A DNA stretch of 64,000 nucleotides from Thiotrichaceae bacterium UBA4486 (GTDB taxonomy: Bacteria; Pseudomonadota; Gammaproteobacteria; Eutrophobiales; Eutrophobiaceae). The stretch spans positions 113,843 through 177,842 of the forward strand of contig DGNS01000005.1 in NCBI GenBank assembly GCA_002389045.1, in the 5' to 3' direction. Positions 19,492 through 30,453 of the stretch are shown piece by piece (position 1 is the stretch's first letter; each line of letters starts with the position of its first letter). Position numbers and translations under genes: made by a program. The notes beneath the pieces are model-generated. The model ran no database searches. It was given only the letters and a program-made list of their open reading frames with translations, and was not told the origin of the DNA.

Positions 19492-19560
19492 TTTGATATC
19501 TACAGATTACGTATCCGGATGATAATCGTACGATAGCACCTCTACCGCTCATCCACCGTA

Positions 19561-20580
19561 TCAGGGAACGATAGCACGTCCGACCGTATTTGTGTCTGCG
19601 CCAAACCAGATAGCACGCGTCCCGGCGTCGTACATCATGTGGCGCACGCTGCCGCCGCCGCTGGGGATATCCGTAATGCCAATGAATGTTTCGTTAGCCG
19701 GGTTAAATCCTGCCAGCCGGTTAGGTTTCAGACCGGTTTCGGCAAACCAGAGCCTGTCCTTGTCATCCACGATCATGCCATAGGGACGCGCGTTGTCGCC
19801 ACCGGGCATGCGCCATTCCTGAACCGCCCGTGTTCGTGGATCGAGCCGGCCCAGGTAACCGCCTTTGTAATCGACGTACCAGACCATGCCGTCCGAGGTT
19901 AGCGCCAGTCGCCGTGGCAGGGTGTCATCACGGGGCAGTGTGATCTCTTCGATGGCGAAACTGTCAGGGTCTACCGTGGCCAGTTTGTTGGTGCCAAACA
20001 GAGCGATCCACGGGCGGTCATTCGAATCCATCCAGATACCATAGGGCCGCCCGCGGGGGGTCTGGATACTGGCTACCTGTGTCTCACCGGTAGTGACCGA
20101 GAACAGGCCGACAACATTACTGTGCTGGGCGGTAAACCAGATATTACCCTCGCTGTTGAACACCAGTGTGTGCGGATCATTGACGCCATCGGGCAGCGGG
20201 TATTTTTTAATACTGCCGGCGACAGGATCGAGACGGCCGATATAGCCCTGCGTGTTGCCGGCGTACCAGACCATACCGTCATTAGCGATGATCAGGTTAT
20301 GCGGGCGTTCGTTATCTTCCATGTCAAATTTATTGAATTCACCCGTTCGCGGATCGAGTACCGCGATATAGGCGCCGGCCTGACCGCAGAACCAGACCCT
20401 GCCATCCGCAGCGACGTAGGGGTCCCGCGGGCGTGAATCCTCGTACGGCACCCGCCATTCCCGGATATCGAGCGCATCCGTAACCGCGAAAGCCGGCACG
20501 GACCATGTAAGCATCAGCATCGGGAAGGTGAGAGGCAGAAGTGATTTCATGAATGTACGCCTGGAAGATGTTTGATTCAC
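19561..20580 (-). CDS. Exported Vgb (virginiamycin B lyase)-like beta-propeller; start 20580 or 20550
   Basis: Repeats of P-x-x-(L/I)-x-x-x-x-DG-x-VW(F/Y); signal peptide ending AFA; SRRTFMK possible Tat motif if the GTG start is used. Confidence 0.8.
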   Translation of the reverse strand: MNQTSSRRTFMKSLLPLTFPMLMLTWSVPAFAVTDALDIREWRVPYEDSRPRDPYVAADGRVWFCGQAGAYIAVLDPRTGEFNKFDMEDNERPHNLIIANDGMVWYAGNTQGYIGRLDPVAGSIKKYPLPDGVNDPHTLVFNSEGNIWFTAQHSNVVGLFSVTTGETQVASIQTPRGRPYGIWMDSNDRPWIALFGTNKLATVDPDSFAIEEITLPRDDTLPRRLALTSDGMVWYVDYKGGYLGRLDPRTRAVQEWRMPGGDNARPYGMIVDDKDRLWFAETGLKPNRLAGFNPANETFIGITDIPSGGGSVRHMMYDAGTRAIWFGADTNTVGRAIVP

Positions 20581-20871
20581 TGTAGATCGGGACCTGCCTG
20601 CAGTTCAAGGCTAAAATCGCTGCCGGTTATTAACCGCCGGAAATGGCTTGATCGGTTCGGGGGTAATTACCTGAAATCCGGTGACATGACATTCAATAGT
20701 GCTGCAGAACAGGGTTCCTTGCGTGATCTGCAACGCTTGTTGTCGCATGAATCCAGAGCGAGCGAAGCTGCTTCTTAACCTCAGGCTTTGGTATATGCGG
20801 CAACAGATTGCATTCCCTGGCGGTTGGTTTCAAGTGAGGCTTTGGGCAATCAGGATAAACCCAGTCACGGC

Positions 20872-21258
20872 TCAGGATGCCGGTTTTTTCTTGCTCCGGG
20901 TCCGGCTTTTTTGCCCGGCAGAATCGTTAAACTGTGCCAGCAAATTATTATCCTGCATCCAGACGAACATCTTCTGCTGAATGTCGGTCAGGGTGTCGAG
21001 TGCCTGTTGCGCATTATCGGCAAATTTTTTCATGTATTCGTTTGCCATTTCGGATTCTGTTTCCATAGCATCCGATGGTTTTTTCGAGCCGGCAAGGCGC
21101 TGCATCTGGCTACTGTTACATTCCAGCCACAGGTTCATGAATTGCATCTGTAACTCGCTGAATTGCCGGGTGGCATCCATGTGCAGTTTCTGGAACTCCT
21201 GCATTGAGCGAGTGTAATTTTCGAGGAATCGGCTGAAATCCCGGGAACCGTTATTCAT
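20872..21258 (-). CDS. Second phasin-family protein
   Basis: Helical, Gln/Met-rich pattern (QFSELQMQFMNLWLE...QMQRLAGSKKPSD) with a basic tail. Confidence 0.6.
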   Translation of the reverse strand: MNNGSRDFSRFLENYTRSMQEFQKLHMDATRQFSELQMQFMNLWLECNSSQMQRLAGSKKPSDAMETESEMANEYMKKFADNAQQALDTLTDIQQKMFVWMQDNNLLAQFNDSAGQKSRTRSKKKPAS

Positions 21259-21293
21259 GATGCTCAAACCCCCATTATTATTTAATGTACCAA

Positions 21294-21443
21294 GGAATCT
21301 CTGACCTGGTCAGAGGTTCCTGGATGACAGGAATGTCATGCCAAAATCAATGCTTCCATAGCATTGATTTCGAGAGGCCAATAAAAACACATTTTTATTG
21401 GCCGCGCTCTGACAAGTCCTGGATGGACTTATTCAGAACTTCC
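21294..21443. mobile_element. MITE-like palindromic element, copy 1 (150 bp)
   Basis: GGAATCTCTGA...TCAGAACTTCC termini; strongly similar to 60402-60562; four internal hairpins. Confidence 0.75.
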
Positions 21444-21495
21444 CTCTTATTTACCTGCTGACAATATAATACTAGTCTTTAAGTATAGAAGTGGC

Positions 21496-21509
21496 TTGAT
21501 CCATATCAA
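21496..21509. promoter_or_regulatory. FNR/Anr box
   Basis: Perfect TTGAT-CCAT-ATCAA between divergent genes. Confidence 0.75.
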
Positions 21510-21609
21510 CAAAACATTTGTCCTGTCCGGGCAATTACCTACACTGGCCATTAGCCCGGATAATACCTGGTGATGTATAAATTTGTTAAAGTTTCAGGAG
21601 AATAATCCT

Positions 21610-22038
21610 ATGGCTGAGTTCTGGGTGCTGGTAGCTGATGAGAGCTGTGCCAGGTTTTTCGAAACAGACAAAATCAAAGCCGAACTGAATGAGTTCGAGA
21701 CACTGACAAATCCGGCGGCCCGCCTGCAGGAAAGGGACCTGGTAACTACAAAGAGGGGGCGCAACCTCGATAGCCGTGGCGAGAGCCGTCATGCCATGGA
21801 ACCGCCGACCACGGCCAGGGAACAGGCGGCGATACGTTTTGCCAAGACCATTGCCGGGTATCTGAAGCAGGGTGCGGGAAGCTCTGCATACAATCGCCTG
21901 ATCCTGGTTGTTCCCCCGGAGATGCTGGGCCACCTGCGCCAGGAACTGGACAGGAAAACCCGCGAACGCGTGTATCACACGCTCTGTAAAAATCTCGTGC
22001 ATAGCGAGCCCGGAGAACTATTGAAACATTTGTCGTAA
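21610..22038 (+). CDS. Host attachment protein (AtsE/baeRF-like family)
   Basis: WVLVADESCARFF, LILVVPPEMLGHLR, CKNLVH; CAGGAG RBS. Confidence 0.85.
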   Translation: MAEFWVLVADESCARFFETDKIKAELNEFETLTNPAARLQERDLVTTKRGRNLDSRGESRHAMEPPTTAREQAAIRFAKTIAGYLKQGAGSSAYNRLILVVPPEMLGHLRQELDRKTRERVYHTLCKNLVHSEPGELLKHLS

Positions 22039-22302
22039 TGAAACCGGATTTTGCTCATGATATTTAACTGCAAAATAACTTGTGACAATGACATGCTCCA
22101 CGAGGTATTAGCAAGATCAACAGGTGTGTATCTCGCGAAGCTATATATGTCCGACTATCCCGGGCATGCCATGAAAGCTGTCACTGCTTGAGGGCGGGCG
22201 AGTCGTACCTGAAACATCTATGCTTCATGCCCGTATGGGTGTTGCTAATGGTGATTCCAGCCTCTATCAGCCAACCGTGGAAATCAGTGCGAGATGCGAT
22301 TC

Positions 22303-22968
22303 TCAGCCGGTAACCCTGTTTCTGAGATAGACGGGGCGGACATATTCGGCGCTGACGGTTTTGCCACTGCAGATTTTTTCCAGCGCCAGCGGAACGATGT
22401 GTTCTGATGAGGGCCAGGCATCACCCCGGTAGCTGCTGACGGGAACTTTAAATTGTGATGTCAGTGTGTCCGCATATGTTTGCCAGCCGCTGCCGATGCC
22501 ATACCAGGTTATGTCATTATTTATATCAAGGTTGTCCGGTGCGATGACGCTTTCTTCGTTGACTGGCGCAACAACCCCGCTGGTCATGGTTTGATAAAAG
22601 CCGCAGTAGATTTCACCCATGCGCGCATCGAAGGCAGGCATGATATAGGCGTGCTCTGTTGCAACGGATTGCGCCAGTGCCGCCAGTGAGGAAACAGCAA
22701 CCACGGGCAGCGAGGCCGAGTAGGCAAGTCCCTGGATAACACCGGTGGCAATGCGCACACCGGTGAATGCGCCGGGTCCACGGCCGAAGGCGAGAACATC
22801 GATGTCCGTCAATGACAGGTCACATTCATCAAGCAGGCTTTTCACCATCGGCAGAATTAATTCGGCGTGCCTGCGCGGCGCGATCTCGAAACGCGTATAT
22901 GTCTCGTTACCGTCATACAGGCTGGCGGAGCAGGCCTCGGTGGAGGTGTCAATGGCAATCAGTTTCAT
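22303..22968 (-). CDS. tsaB: tRNA t6A biosynthesis protein TsaB
   Basis: IAIDTSTEACS, GRGPGAFTGVRI, DARMGEIY, PVYLRN. Confidence 0.95.
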   Translation of the reverse strand: MKLIAIDTSTEACSASLYDGNETYTRFEIAPRRHAELILPMVKSLLDECDLSLTDIDVLAFGRGPGAFTGVRIATGVIQGLAYSASLPVVAVSSLAALAQSVATEHAYIMPAFDARMGEIYCGFYQTMTSGVVAPVNEESVIAPDNLDINNDITWYGIGSGWQTYADTLTSQFKVPVSSYRGDAWPSSEHIVPLALEKICSGKTVSAEYVRPVYLRNRVTG

Positions 22969-23101
22969 GAAAGCAGTGATATAGTCACAAAAATACAAGT
23001 TGAGGGAAGTGTACCTGTTGAATGCCGGGGTGACGAGTTTCATGCCGGTCCGGGGGTGCAATCATAAGACATTTACCAGGCCGGCCGTTATAATGTCGCT
23101 C

Positions 23102-24346
23102 ATGTATACACCCTACCAGGTATTCATTGGCCTTCGCTACGTGCGGGCCAAACGCCGCAACCATTTCATTTCCTTTATTTCGTTGACTTCTATTGTCGGA
23201 GTCGGTCTTGGCGTAATGGCGCTGATCACCGTACTTTCCGTGATGAACGGTTTTGAAAAAGAACTCACAGGCCGTATTCTCGGTATGGCCTCGCATGCCA
23301 CCATTTACCAGCAGGGTGACGTAATGAAAGACTGGCGAAGCGTGGCCGAACAGGCGCACAAACATCCCTCAGTGACCGGAGTGGCGCCGTTTTTCCGTGC
23401 CGAGGGTATGCTGGTTAATGGTCAGCAGGTAAATGGCACCGTCATCCGCGGCATTTTGCCGGAGGAAGAACCGAAAGTTTCCGTAATCGCCGATCGTATG
23501 CTCGGTGGTAATTTCAATGATTTGAAAGGCGGTGATTTCGGCATGATTATCGGCACGGAACTGGCCCGGGCCCTGGGCGTGTTCGAGGGCGATAAACTTA
23601 CACTGGTGATCCCGCAGGCCAGCGTGACGCCTGCCGGCATTATTCCGCGTCTGAAACGCTTCACGGTCACCGGCATTTTTGAAATCGGTATGCATGAATT
23701 CGACAGCGCACTGGCGTTGATTCACCTGGATGACGCCAAGACCCTGTTTCGCCAACAGGGCGCGTCAGGGTTGCGCATCAAGACCACGGATATTCTGAAA
23801 GCGCCACTGATCAGCCGTGAGATCGCCCGTGATCTGCCCGGAGCGTATGGTGTAATCGACTGGACCCAGCGTCATTCGAATTTTTTCAAGGCGTTGAAGA
23901 CGGAAAAAATCGTCATGTTCGTGATCCTGACGCTCATCGTCGCCGTGGCGGCGTTCAATATCATTTCCACCCTGGTCATGGTGGTGACCGACAAGCAGGC
24001 GGATATCGCGGTATTGCGAACGCTGGGCGTCAGTCCGCGCGGCGTCATGCAGATCTTTATTATCCAGGGCATGGTTATTGGTTTAACCGGCATCATTCTC
24101 GGTGTCGTTGGTGGAGTTGCCCTGGCATCGAATGTGGAAGCTATTGTGCAGTCCATTGAGCAGGCCTTCCAGGTTGAATTTCTGCCATCGAATATTTATT
24201 ACATCAGCGATCTGCCCTCGGACATTCACTGGAATGATGTCTTTACCATTACCGGTGTTGCTTTTCTGTTTTGTCTGCTGGCCACCCTGTACCCGGCCTG
24301 GCGCGCCGCCGGCACCCAGCCGGCCGAGGCGTTGCGCTATGAGTAA
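23102..24346 (+). CDS. lolE: Lipoprotein-releasing ABC transporter permease (LolC/E type, single copy)
   Basis: [44 protein letters not shown]...PAEALRYE. Confidence 0.92.
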   Translation: MYTPYQVFIGLRYVRAKRRNHFISFISLTSIVGVGLGVMALITVLSVMNGFEKELTGRILGMASHATIYQQGDVMKDWRSVAEQAHKHPSVTGVAPFFRAEGMLVNGQQVNGTVIRGILPEEEPKVSVIADRMLGGNFNDLKGGDFGMIIGTELARALGVFEGDKLTLVIPQASVTPAGIIPRLKRFTVTGIFEIGMHEFDSALALIHLDDAKTLFRQQGASGLRIKTTDILKAPLISREIARDLPGAYGVIDWTQRHSNFFKALKTEKIVMFVILTLIVAVAAFNIISTLVMVVTDKQADIAVLRTLGVSPRGVMQIFIIQGMVIGLTGIILGVVGGVALASNVEAIVQSIEQAFQVEFLPSNIYYISDLPSDIHWNDVFTITGVAFLFCLLATLYPAWRAAGTQPAEALRYE

Positions 24347-25028
24347 GCTCATACTCGAATCACGCGAACTGAGAAAGCAGTTCATCCAGGGTGATCTGAA
24401 CGTCCGTGTGCTGGAGGGCATCAATCTTGAAGTCAATGCCGGGGAATCGGTAGCCATCGTCGGCGCCTCGGGCTCGGGCAAAAGCACCTTGTTGCATCTG
24501 CTCGGCGGTCTGGATATTCCGTCGGCGGGAGAAGTACGCATGAATGGCCGGGTGCTGTCCTCGCTCTCCGAGGCGGAACGCGGCCACCTGCGTAACCGTT
24601 TTATGGGCTTTGTTTACCAGTTTCATCATCTGCTGCCGGAATTCACGGCCGAGGAGAATGTAGCCATGCCCGGACTGATCGGTGGACAGACGCCGGAATC
24701 GGCACTGAAAAGCGCGCGCGAATGTCTGCGCCATGTCGGTCTGGGCGAGCGCTTGCATCACAAGCCCGGTGAACTGTCCGGCGGTGAACGTCAGCGCGCT
24801 GCTATTGCCCGGGCGCTGGTGAGCAATCCGCTGTGCCTGTTAATGGACGAACCCACGGGCAATCTCGATGAGAAAACCGCACACCAGGTGTTCGATTTAA
24901 TGCTGGGATTGATCCGTGACTTCGGTTCCAGCCTGGTGATGGTCACCCACAATCATGAACTGGCCCGGCGCATGGACCGGGTGTTGCTGCTGCATGAAGG
25001 CATCCTTGAAGAGCATGCCCCGGCGTAA
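24339..25028 (+). CDS. lolD: Lipoprotein-releasing ABC transporter ATPase
   Basis: [37 protein letters not shown]. Confidence 0.95.
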   Translation: MSKLILESRELRKQFIQGDLNVRVLEGINLEVNAGESVAIVGASGSGKSTLLHLLGGLDIPSAGEVRMNGRVLSSLSEAERGHLRNRFMGFVYQFHHLLPEFTAEENVAMPGLIGGQTPESALKSARECLRHVGLGERLHHKPGELSGGERQRAAIARALVSNPLCLLMDEPTGNLDEKTAHQVFDLMLGLIRDFGSSLVMVTHNHELARRMDRVLLLHEGILEEHAPA

Positions 25029-25039
25029 CAGCCGCGGGA

Positions 25040-25573
25040 TTATCCACCATTATTTTTCCTTTTCCGTATACGCTCCTTGCGTTCTTCCCATTTACGAACG
25101 GCGGCGATTCGCCACAGCAACCGGATCGCGTAGTAACCTGCGCCGGCACTCAACGATCCGAGGATAAAACAGCCCAGTAGCAAAGGCTGCCAGATATCGG
25201 TCAGGGTGCCGGTGAACCATTGCCACGAAAATACAAAATTTACATGGCGGGGTGGCAATTGCAGGATAATGGCACCGAGCTTGTAACTGGCAAAAAACAA
25301 CGGGTACATGGTGACGGGGTTGGTCAACCACACAGCCAGCAATGAGATGGGCAGGTTGACCCTGAAATAAATAGCGATGGCGGCGGCTAACACAGTCTGT
25401 CCCGGAAACGGCATGAATGCCCAGAACAGGCCGTTGGCCATGCCGCCCGCCGCGGAATGCCGGGTGATGTGCCAGAGATTCGGTTCATGCAACAGCTTGC
25501 CGAACAGACTCAGATGCCTGTGGTTCTGGATCGCCGTTCTATGAGGCGTAAAGCGTGTGAAGATGCGTTTCAA
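25040..25573 (-). CDS. DUF2062 membrane protein
   Basis: LWHITRHS, WLTNPVT; conserved position between lolD and comEC. Confidence 0.85.
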   Translation of the reverse strand: MKRIFTRFTPHRTAIQNHRHLSLFGKLLHEPNLWHITRHSAAGGMANGLFWAFMPFPGQTVLAAAIAIYFRVNLPISLLAVWLTNPVTMYPLFFASYKLGAIILQLPPRHVNFVFSWQWFTGTLTDIWQPLLLGCFILGSLSAGAGYYAIRLLWRIAAVRKWEERKERIRKRKNNGG

Positions 25574-25719
25574 ACCCGTCCCCGAATTTCACTTGTAAAA
25601 AAAGCGGCCTATTATAGCCAAACAGACTGGAGAATAAGAGCGACATTACTGCATAATATCCGCTGTCATCTCCGCCTGACAGGTGTATTATTGCCACCGG
25701 GATGTTTCATGGATGAGTT

Positions 25720-28008
25720 ATGCGGATCTGGACGATTGCCTTTGCTGTAGGGGTACTGTGTGCGTTACAGTTACCCGAACTCCCTCCCCGCCTTGTCTAC
25801 CTGCTCTGGATCACGGTGCTGTTTTTGCATCGTTATGCACTGTGGCGCCCTTGTGCCGCCGTTCTGGCCGGTTTTTTATGGTGCCTGCTGCGCGCCGATG
25901 TGATCCTGCTGCAGGCACTTGATCCGGACCTCGAGGGTGCCGATGTCCTGCTTACCGGTACGGTGCATGGTATCCCGGAAGCCACCGATCGTGGCAGCCG
26001 TTTTAATTTCAGCATCGACACACTGCAGGATATGCACGGTCGCAGCTATGCGACGCCGGGCCGTGTACGCCTGACCTGGTATTTCAATGACCGCGACGTT
26101 TCCGCCGGCGAGCGCTGGCGGTTCAAGGCGCGCCTGAAGCGACCCCGTGGATTTTCCAACCCCGGCGGTTTTGATTACGAGTTCTGGCTGTTCCAGCAAC
26201 GCCTGCGCGCCAGTGGCTATGTGCGCGGGGAGACGTCGCCAGTCAGGCTGGCGGCAGCACGTTGGTATGATATTCACCGTTTGCGACATGGCCTGGCAGA
26301 GCGCATCAGCGAACTGCTTGACGAGTATGCCCATACCGGCCTGGTGATTGCCCTGGCCACCGGCAGCCGCCATCGTCTCGACGCCGATACCTGGACGGTC
26401 CTGCAACGTACGGGCACCGGTCACTTGCTGGCCATCTCCGGTCTGCATGTGGGTATCGTTGCGGCCATGTTCTTTTTCCTTGGCCGCTGGGGATGGAGCC
26501 TGAGCGGACGGGGCATGTTGTGGATCCCGGCGCGCGATGCCGGATTGATCGCGTCTTTCCTGGCCGCGGCGTTCTACGCAGCCCTGGCGGGATTCAGCGT
26601 GCCCACACAGCGCGCCCTGGTCATGTTGACGGTATTGATCCTGGCCGGCCTGTCACGCAGGGACTATGCACCGGCAACGGTACTGGCCGTAGCCGTGCTT
26701 GCCGTGTTGCTCCTGGATCCTCTCGCGATCATCACTGCAGGTTTCTGGCTTTCGTTCACGGCGGTCGCCTGTATTCTTTATGGCATGGTCAACCGTATTG
26801 GCCGGCATGGCTGGTGGTGGCGCTGGGGACGAGCGCAACTGTTTGTGACTGTTGGCCTGTTGCCGGTATTACTGTTCTGGTTCCAGGGTGCTTCGCTGGT
26901 CAGTGTTCCCGCCAACCTGGTGGCGATTCCATTTGTCAGCCTTCTGGTGGTTCCACTGGTGCTTCTTGCGGCGGCGGGATTACTGCTCGGCGTGCCGGGT
27001 ATGGCCGGCCTTCTGATGGCAGCCGATTTTTTCCTGCATGGCCTGTGGCAATATCTCTCGTGGCTGTCCGATTTCGATTTCGCCATGTGGCAACACGGTG
27101 CTGTCAGCGCCACGGCGATGGTGTTGGCCATGGCCGGTGTCGTTCTTTTCTGCCTGCCCCGGGGAGTGCCTGTACGCTGGCCGGCTGTGGCCTGGTTGAT
27201 GCCGCTGTTTTTCCCGTCCATAACGTTGCCGGATAGCGGTGAGATCCGGTTCACGTTGCTGGATGTAGGGCAGGGACTGGCGGCCGTGGTACAAACCCGC
27301 GAGCACGTGCTGGTCTACGATACCGGCGCACGCTTCAGCGAACATTTTAACGCCGGGGATGCGGTGCTGCTGCCGTTTTTGCGCGAGCATGGTATCGGCG
27401 CCATAGATACACTGGTGATCAGTCATGGCGATAACGACCATATCGGCGGTTCAGCCGCACTGCTGGCGGCCATGCCGGTGGGCCGGGTACTCACCAGTGT
27501 CCCGGAGAAGATTGCACACTCTCACAGCGAACACTGTCATGCCGGCCAGTCCTGGAATCGGGACGGCGTGTATTACCGGGTGCTGCATCCGCCACCTGAC
27601 AGCGCATTCTCCGGCAATAATGCTTCCTGTATTCTGCACATCCGTTATGAGAACGGATCATTACTGTTAACGGGTGATATCGAAGAGACGGCGGAGCGGT
27701 CGCTGATAACCCGCTACGGTGGCCAACTGCAGTCCGAAATCATGATGGTGCCGCACCATGGCAGCAAAACATCGTCGTCCGCAATCTTTCTCGATACCGT
27801 GAAACCGGAGCTGGCGCTGGTACCCGCCGGATATCGCAATCGCTACGGCTTCCCGAAACAGGCTATAATGGCGCGATACCGGGAGCGCGGAGTCCGGGTC
27901 ATGAATACCGCCGAGGCAGGCGCCATAATCATTGACATGACCGGCGAGGGGTACAGCGTACAAGCTTACAGGGACAGGCATCGGCGTTTCTGGCACAGTC
28001 GCAATTAA
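25720..28008 (+). CDS. comEC: DNA uptake channel ComEC/Rec2
   Basis: HLLAISGLHVG, PTQRA, LDVGQG, SHGDNDHIGG, PHHGS. Confidence 0.95.
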   Translation: MRIWTIAFAVGVLCALQLPELPPRLVYLLWITVLFLHRYALWRPCAAVLAGFLWCLLRADVILLQALDPDLEGADVLLTGTVHGIPEATDRGSRFNFSIDTLQDMHGRSYATPGRVRLTWYFNDRDVSAGERWRFKARLKRPRGFSNPGGFDYEFWLFQQRLRASGYVRGETSPVRLAAARWYDIHRLRHGLAERISELLDEYAHTGLVIALATGSRHRLDADTWTVLQRTGTGHLLAISGLHVGIVAAMFFFLGRWGWSLSGRGMLWIPARDAGLIASFLAAAFYAALAGFSVPTQRALVMLTVLILAGLSRRDYAPATVLAVAVLAVLLLDPLAIITAGFWLSFTAVACILYGMVNRIGRHGWWWRWGRAQLFVTVGLLPVLLFWFQGASLVSVPANLVAIPFVSLLVVPLVLLAAAGLLLGVPGMAGLLMAADFFLHGLWQYLSWLSDFDFAMWQHGAVSATAMVLAMAGVVLFCLPRGVPVRWPAVAWLMPLFFPSITLPDSGEIRFTLLDVGQGLAAVVQTREHVLVYDTGARFSEHFNAGDAVLLPFLREHGIGAIDTLVISHGDNDHIGGSAALLAAMPVGRVLTSVPEKIAHSHSEHCHAGQSWNRDGVYYRVLHPPPDSAFSGNNASCILHIRYENGSLLLTGDIEETAERSLITRYGGQLQSEIMMVPHHGSKTSSSAIFLDTVKPELALVPAGYRNRYGFPKQAIMARYRERGVRVMNTAEAGAIIIDMTGEGYSVQAYRDRHRRFWHSRN

Positions 28009-28033
28009 CGACCAAAATCGGGAGAGAAGTGCA

Positions 28034-28705
28034 GTGCTTGAATTGATCCGGGCAGGCGGCTGGCTGATGTGGCCGATCCTGTTATGTTCCGTCATATCCC
28101 TGGCCATTATCGCCGAGCGGTTCTGGTCCCTGCAGAAAAAACGCATCATTCCCAAAAATCTCGTCGCCCAGGTCTGGCAGTGGCAGAAAGTAGGCCATCT
28201 CAATGCCAAACGCGTCCATGATCTGCGCCAGGGCTCGCCACTGGGGCGTGTTCTCGCGGCCGGTTTGGTAAATCGCCAGTACGAGCGCGAGGTGATGAAA
28301 GAAAGTATCGAGGAAGTCGGTCGCCACGTGGCCCATGAACTCGAGCGTTTTCTCAACACACTTGGCACCATTGCCTCGATCACCCCGCTGCTGGGGCTTC
28401 TGGGTACGGTGATCGGCATGATCAAGGTTTTCGCCGTCATTACATCTCACGGAGTCGGCGATCCCAGCATCCTGGCCGAGGGGATCTCCGAGGCACTGGT
28501 CACCACCGCGGCGGGGTTGTCCGTGGCCATTCCCTCTCTGATGTTCTACCGTTACTTTCGCGGCCGCGTCAATGAATATGTCGTCAACATGGAACAGGAA
28601 GCGTTGAAGCTGGTTGAAGTCATGTGCGGCATGCGCGCCCGTGAAGGTCAGGAGCCGGAATCCGCCCGGGCTGCGGAACATCACTACGTGACCGAGCGCG
28701 AATGA
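28034..28705 (+). CDS. exbB: MotA/TolQ/ExbB proton channel
   Basis: LGTIASITPLLGLLGTVIGMI, GISEALVTTAAGL. Confidence 0.88.
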   Translation: MLELIRAGGWLMWPILLCSVISLAIIAERFWSLQKKRIIPKNLVAQVWQWQKVGHLNAKRVHDLRQGSPLGRVLAAGLVNRQYEREVMKESIEEVGRHVAHELERFLNTLGTIASITPLLGLLGTVIGMIKVFAVITSHGVGDPSILAEGISEALVTTAAGLSVAIPSLMFYRYFRGRVNEYVVNMEQEALKLVEVMCGMRAREGQEPESARAAEHHYVTERE

Positions 28706-29130
28706 ACTTTCAGTCCCGAACTCCCGAAGAACTGGACATCAACATCACTCCGTTGATTGACGTGGTGTTTTTGCTGCTGATCTTTTTCATGGTTTCCACT
28801 ACTTTCGAACGCGAATCGGAAATCAACATCACCCTGCCGCAGGCCAGCGATGAGGTGACCGAGGCCAAACCGGATGCGATCAATGTGGCTATTGACGGCA
28901 AGGGTAATGTCTATATCAACGATCAGGCCCTGGTGAATTCGCAATTGAGTTCCATCAAGGAAGCCATTTTCGACAAACTCGGCCGGCGTGACGATGCTCC
29001 GATCATTATCAGCGCCGATAAAGAGGCCGATTACCAGTCGGTGGTCAAGGTAATGGACGCGGCGCGCCAGCTTGGCCTGATCCGCATTACTTTCGCCACG
29101 CAGAAGTACGACGAGGATGAAGAGAACTGA
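28702..29130 (+). CDS. exbD: Biopolymer transporter ExbD
   Basis: INITPLIDVVFLLLIFFMV, VVKVMDA. Confidence 0.9.
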   Translation: MNFQSRTPEELDINITPLIDVVFLLLIFFMVSTTFERESEINITLPQASDEVTEAKPDAINVAIDGKGNVYINDQALVNSQLSSIKEAIFDKLGRRDDAPIIISADKEADYQSVVKVMDAARQLGLIRITFATQKYDEDEEN

Positions 29131-29276
29131 TTGTCATATTACCGCTGAACCGGTATCAATCATTACTCTTGTATTGATTCGACAAACGGGAGCAACCTGA
29201 TCTGATGATCCTGTTTTGCTTTTATGCTGACGTGCCCCGCTGATTGTTTTTGCAGAGACCGGTTACCTCAATTTCC

Positions 29277-30269
29277 ATGCTGAATTCCGAACGACTCGAA
29301 CAGGTCTGGTACGGGGATGACAAACTCGGACTGGTGCTGACGCCGCTGAGCTGGCTGTACCGTTTCGGGATCGCCGCGCGCAAGATCGCTTATGGCAGCG
29401 GACTGATCCCGGTCAAACGTTTCGCGGTTCCGGTGATCGTGATCGGTAATATTACCGTGGGCGGTACCGGCAAGACGCCGCTGACCATCTGGCTGGCCAA
29501 TCACCTGCGTGAAAAAGGGCGCCGTCCCGGTATTGTCAGCCGTGGCTATGGCGCTCGCGGCAGTACCAAACCGCAGCAGGTGCGCCCGGACAGTAACCCG
29601 GCCCTGGTCGGGGATGAGCCCGTACTGATGGCGCGCAGAACTCATTGCCCGGTGGCCGTTGCCGCCAACCGGGTACGGGCGGTGCAGGGGCTGCTGGAAC
29701 ATTATGATATCGATGTCATCATCAGTGATGACGGCTTGCAACACCTGCAACTGCACCGCGATCTGGAAATCGTCGTGATTGACGGTGATCGCCGTTTCGG
29801 CAACGGACGCTGCCTGCCCGCGGGACCCCTGCGTGAGCCACCGGGTCGCCTGCAAAGCGTCGACCTGGTAGTGGCCAACGGCCGGCCAGGCAAGGGAGAA
29901 CACCTGATGGAATACGTGAGCGGTGATTTATGTTCCCTGTGCCGCCCGGGCGAACGGCTGGAAATACAAAGCCTGCGCGGCCGGACGGTACACGCCGTGG
30001 CCGGTATCGGCAATCCCTCGCGGTTTATCTCGGCCCTCAGGCGGGCCGGTCTCGATGTCATCAAGCATATATTTCCGGACCATCATCCTTTTGTAAAAGC
30101 AGATCTGGATTTCGGTGATGATTTGCCGGTGGTGATGACGGAGAAGGATGCGGTAAAATGTGAGCACTTTGCATCAAACCGTTGCTGGTATCTGCCGGTG
30201 CAGGCATCACTGGCGGAGACATTCATCTTTAGACTCGATAAACGTCTGGCGGAAATCAACTGTGGATAG
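29277..30269 (+). CDS. lpxK: Tetraacyldisaccharide 4'-kinase
   Basis: [43 protein letters not shown]. Confidence 0.95.
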   Translation: MLNSERLEQVWYGDDKLGLVLTPLSWLYRFGIAARKIAYGSGLIPVKRFAVPVIVIGNITVGGTGKTPLTIWLANHLREKGRRPGIVSRGYGARGSTKPQQVRPDSNPALVGDEPVLMARRTHCPVAVAANRVRAVQGLLEHYDIDVIISDDGLQHLQLHRDLEIVVIDGDRRFGNGRCLPAGPLREPPGRLQSVDLVVANGRPGKGEHLMEYVSGDLCSLCRPGERLEIQSLRGRTVHAVAGIGNPSRFISALRRAGLDVIKHIFPDHHPFVKADLDFGDDLPVVMTEKDAVKCEHFASNRCWYLPVQASLAETFIFRLDKRLAEINCG

Positions 30270-30453
30270 AAAATTACTCGATATACTGGTGTGCCCGGTG
30301 ACCAAGGGCCCGCTCATTTACGACAAAAAAAACCAGGAACTGCTTTCGCTGTCTGCGCGTCTGGCCTATCCCATCCGCGATGATATTCCCATCATGCTGG
30401 AAGACGAGGCGCGGACCCTGAGTGAGGAAGAAGTCGAGCAATACCGCAAGTGA
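30262..30453 (+). CDS. ycaR: Trm112-family protein YcaR (GTG start)
   Basis: [18 protein letters not shown]...[12 protein letters not shown]. Confidence 0.9.
   Translation: MDRKLLDILVCPVTKGPLIYDKKNQELLSLSARLAYPIRDDIPIMLEDEARTLSEEEVEQYRK

Noticed and set aside
19561-20580. Antibiotic-resistance call (virginiamycin B lyase)
   Set aside because: Only the propeller fold is supported; exported Vgb-like proteins are widespread and the function cannot be assigned.
29131-29276. Apparent loss of msbA between exbD and lpxK
   Set aside because: exbBD-lpxK-ycaR-kdsB without msbA is a known arrangement (for example Pseudomonas), and no remnant is visible.
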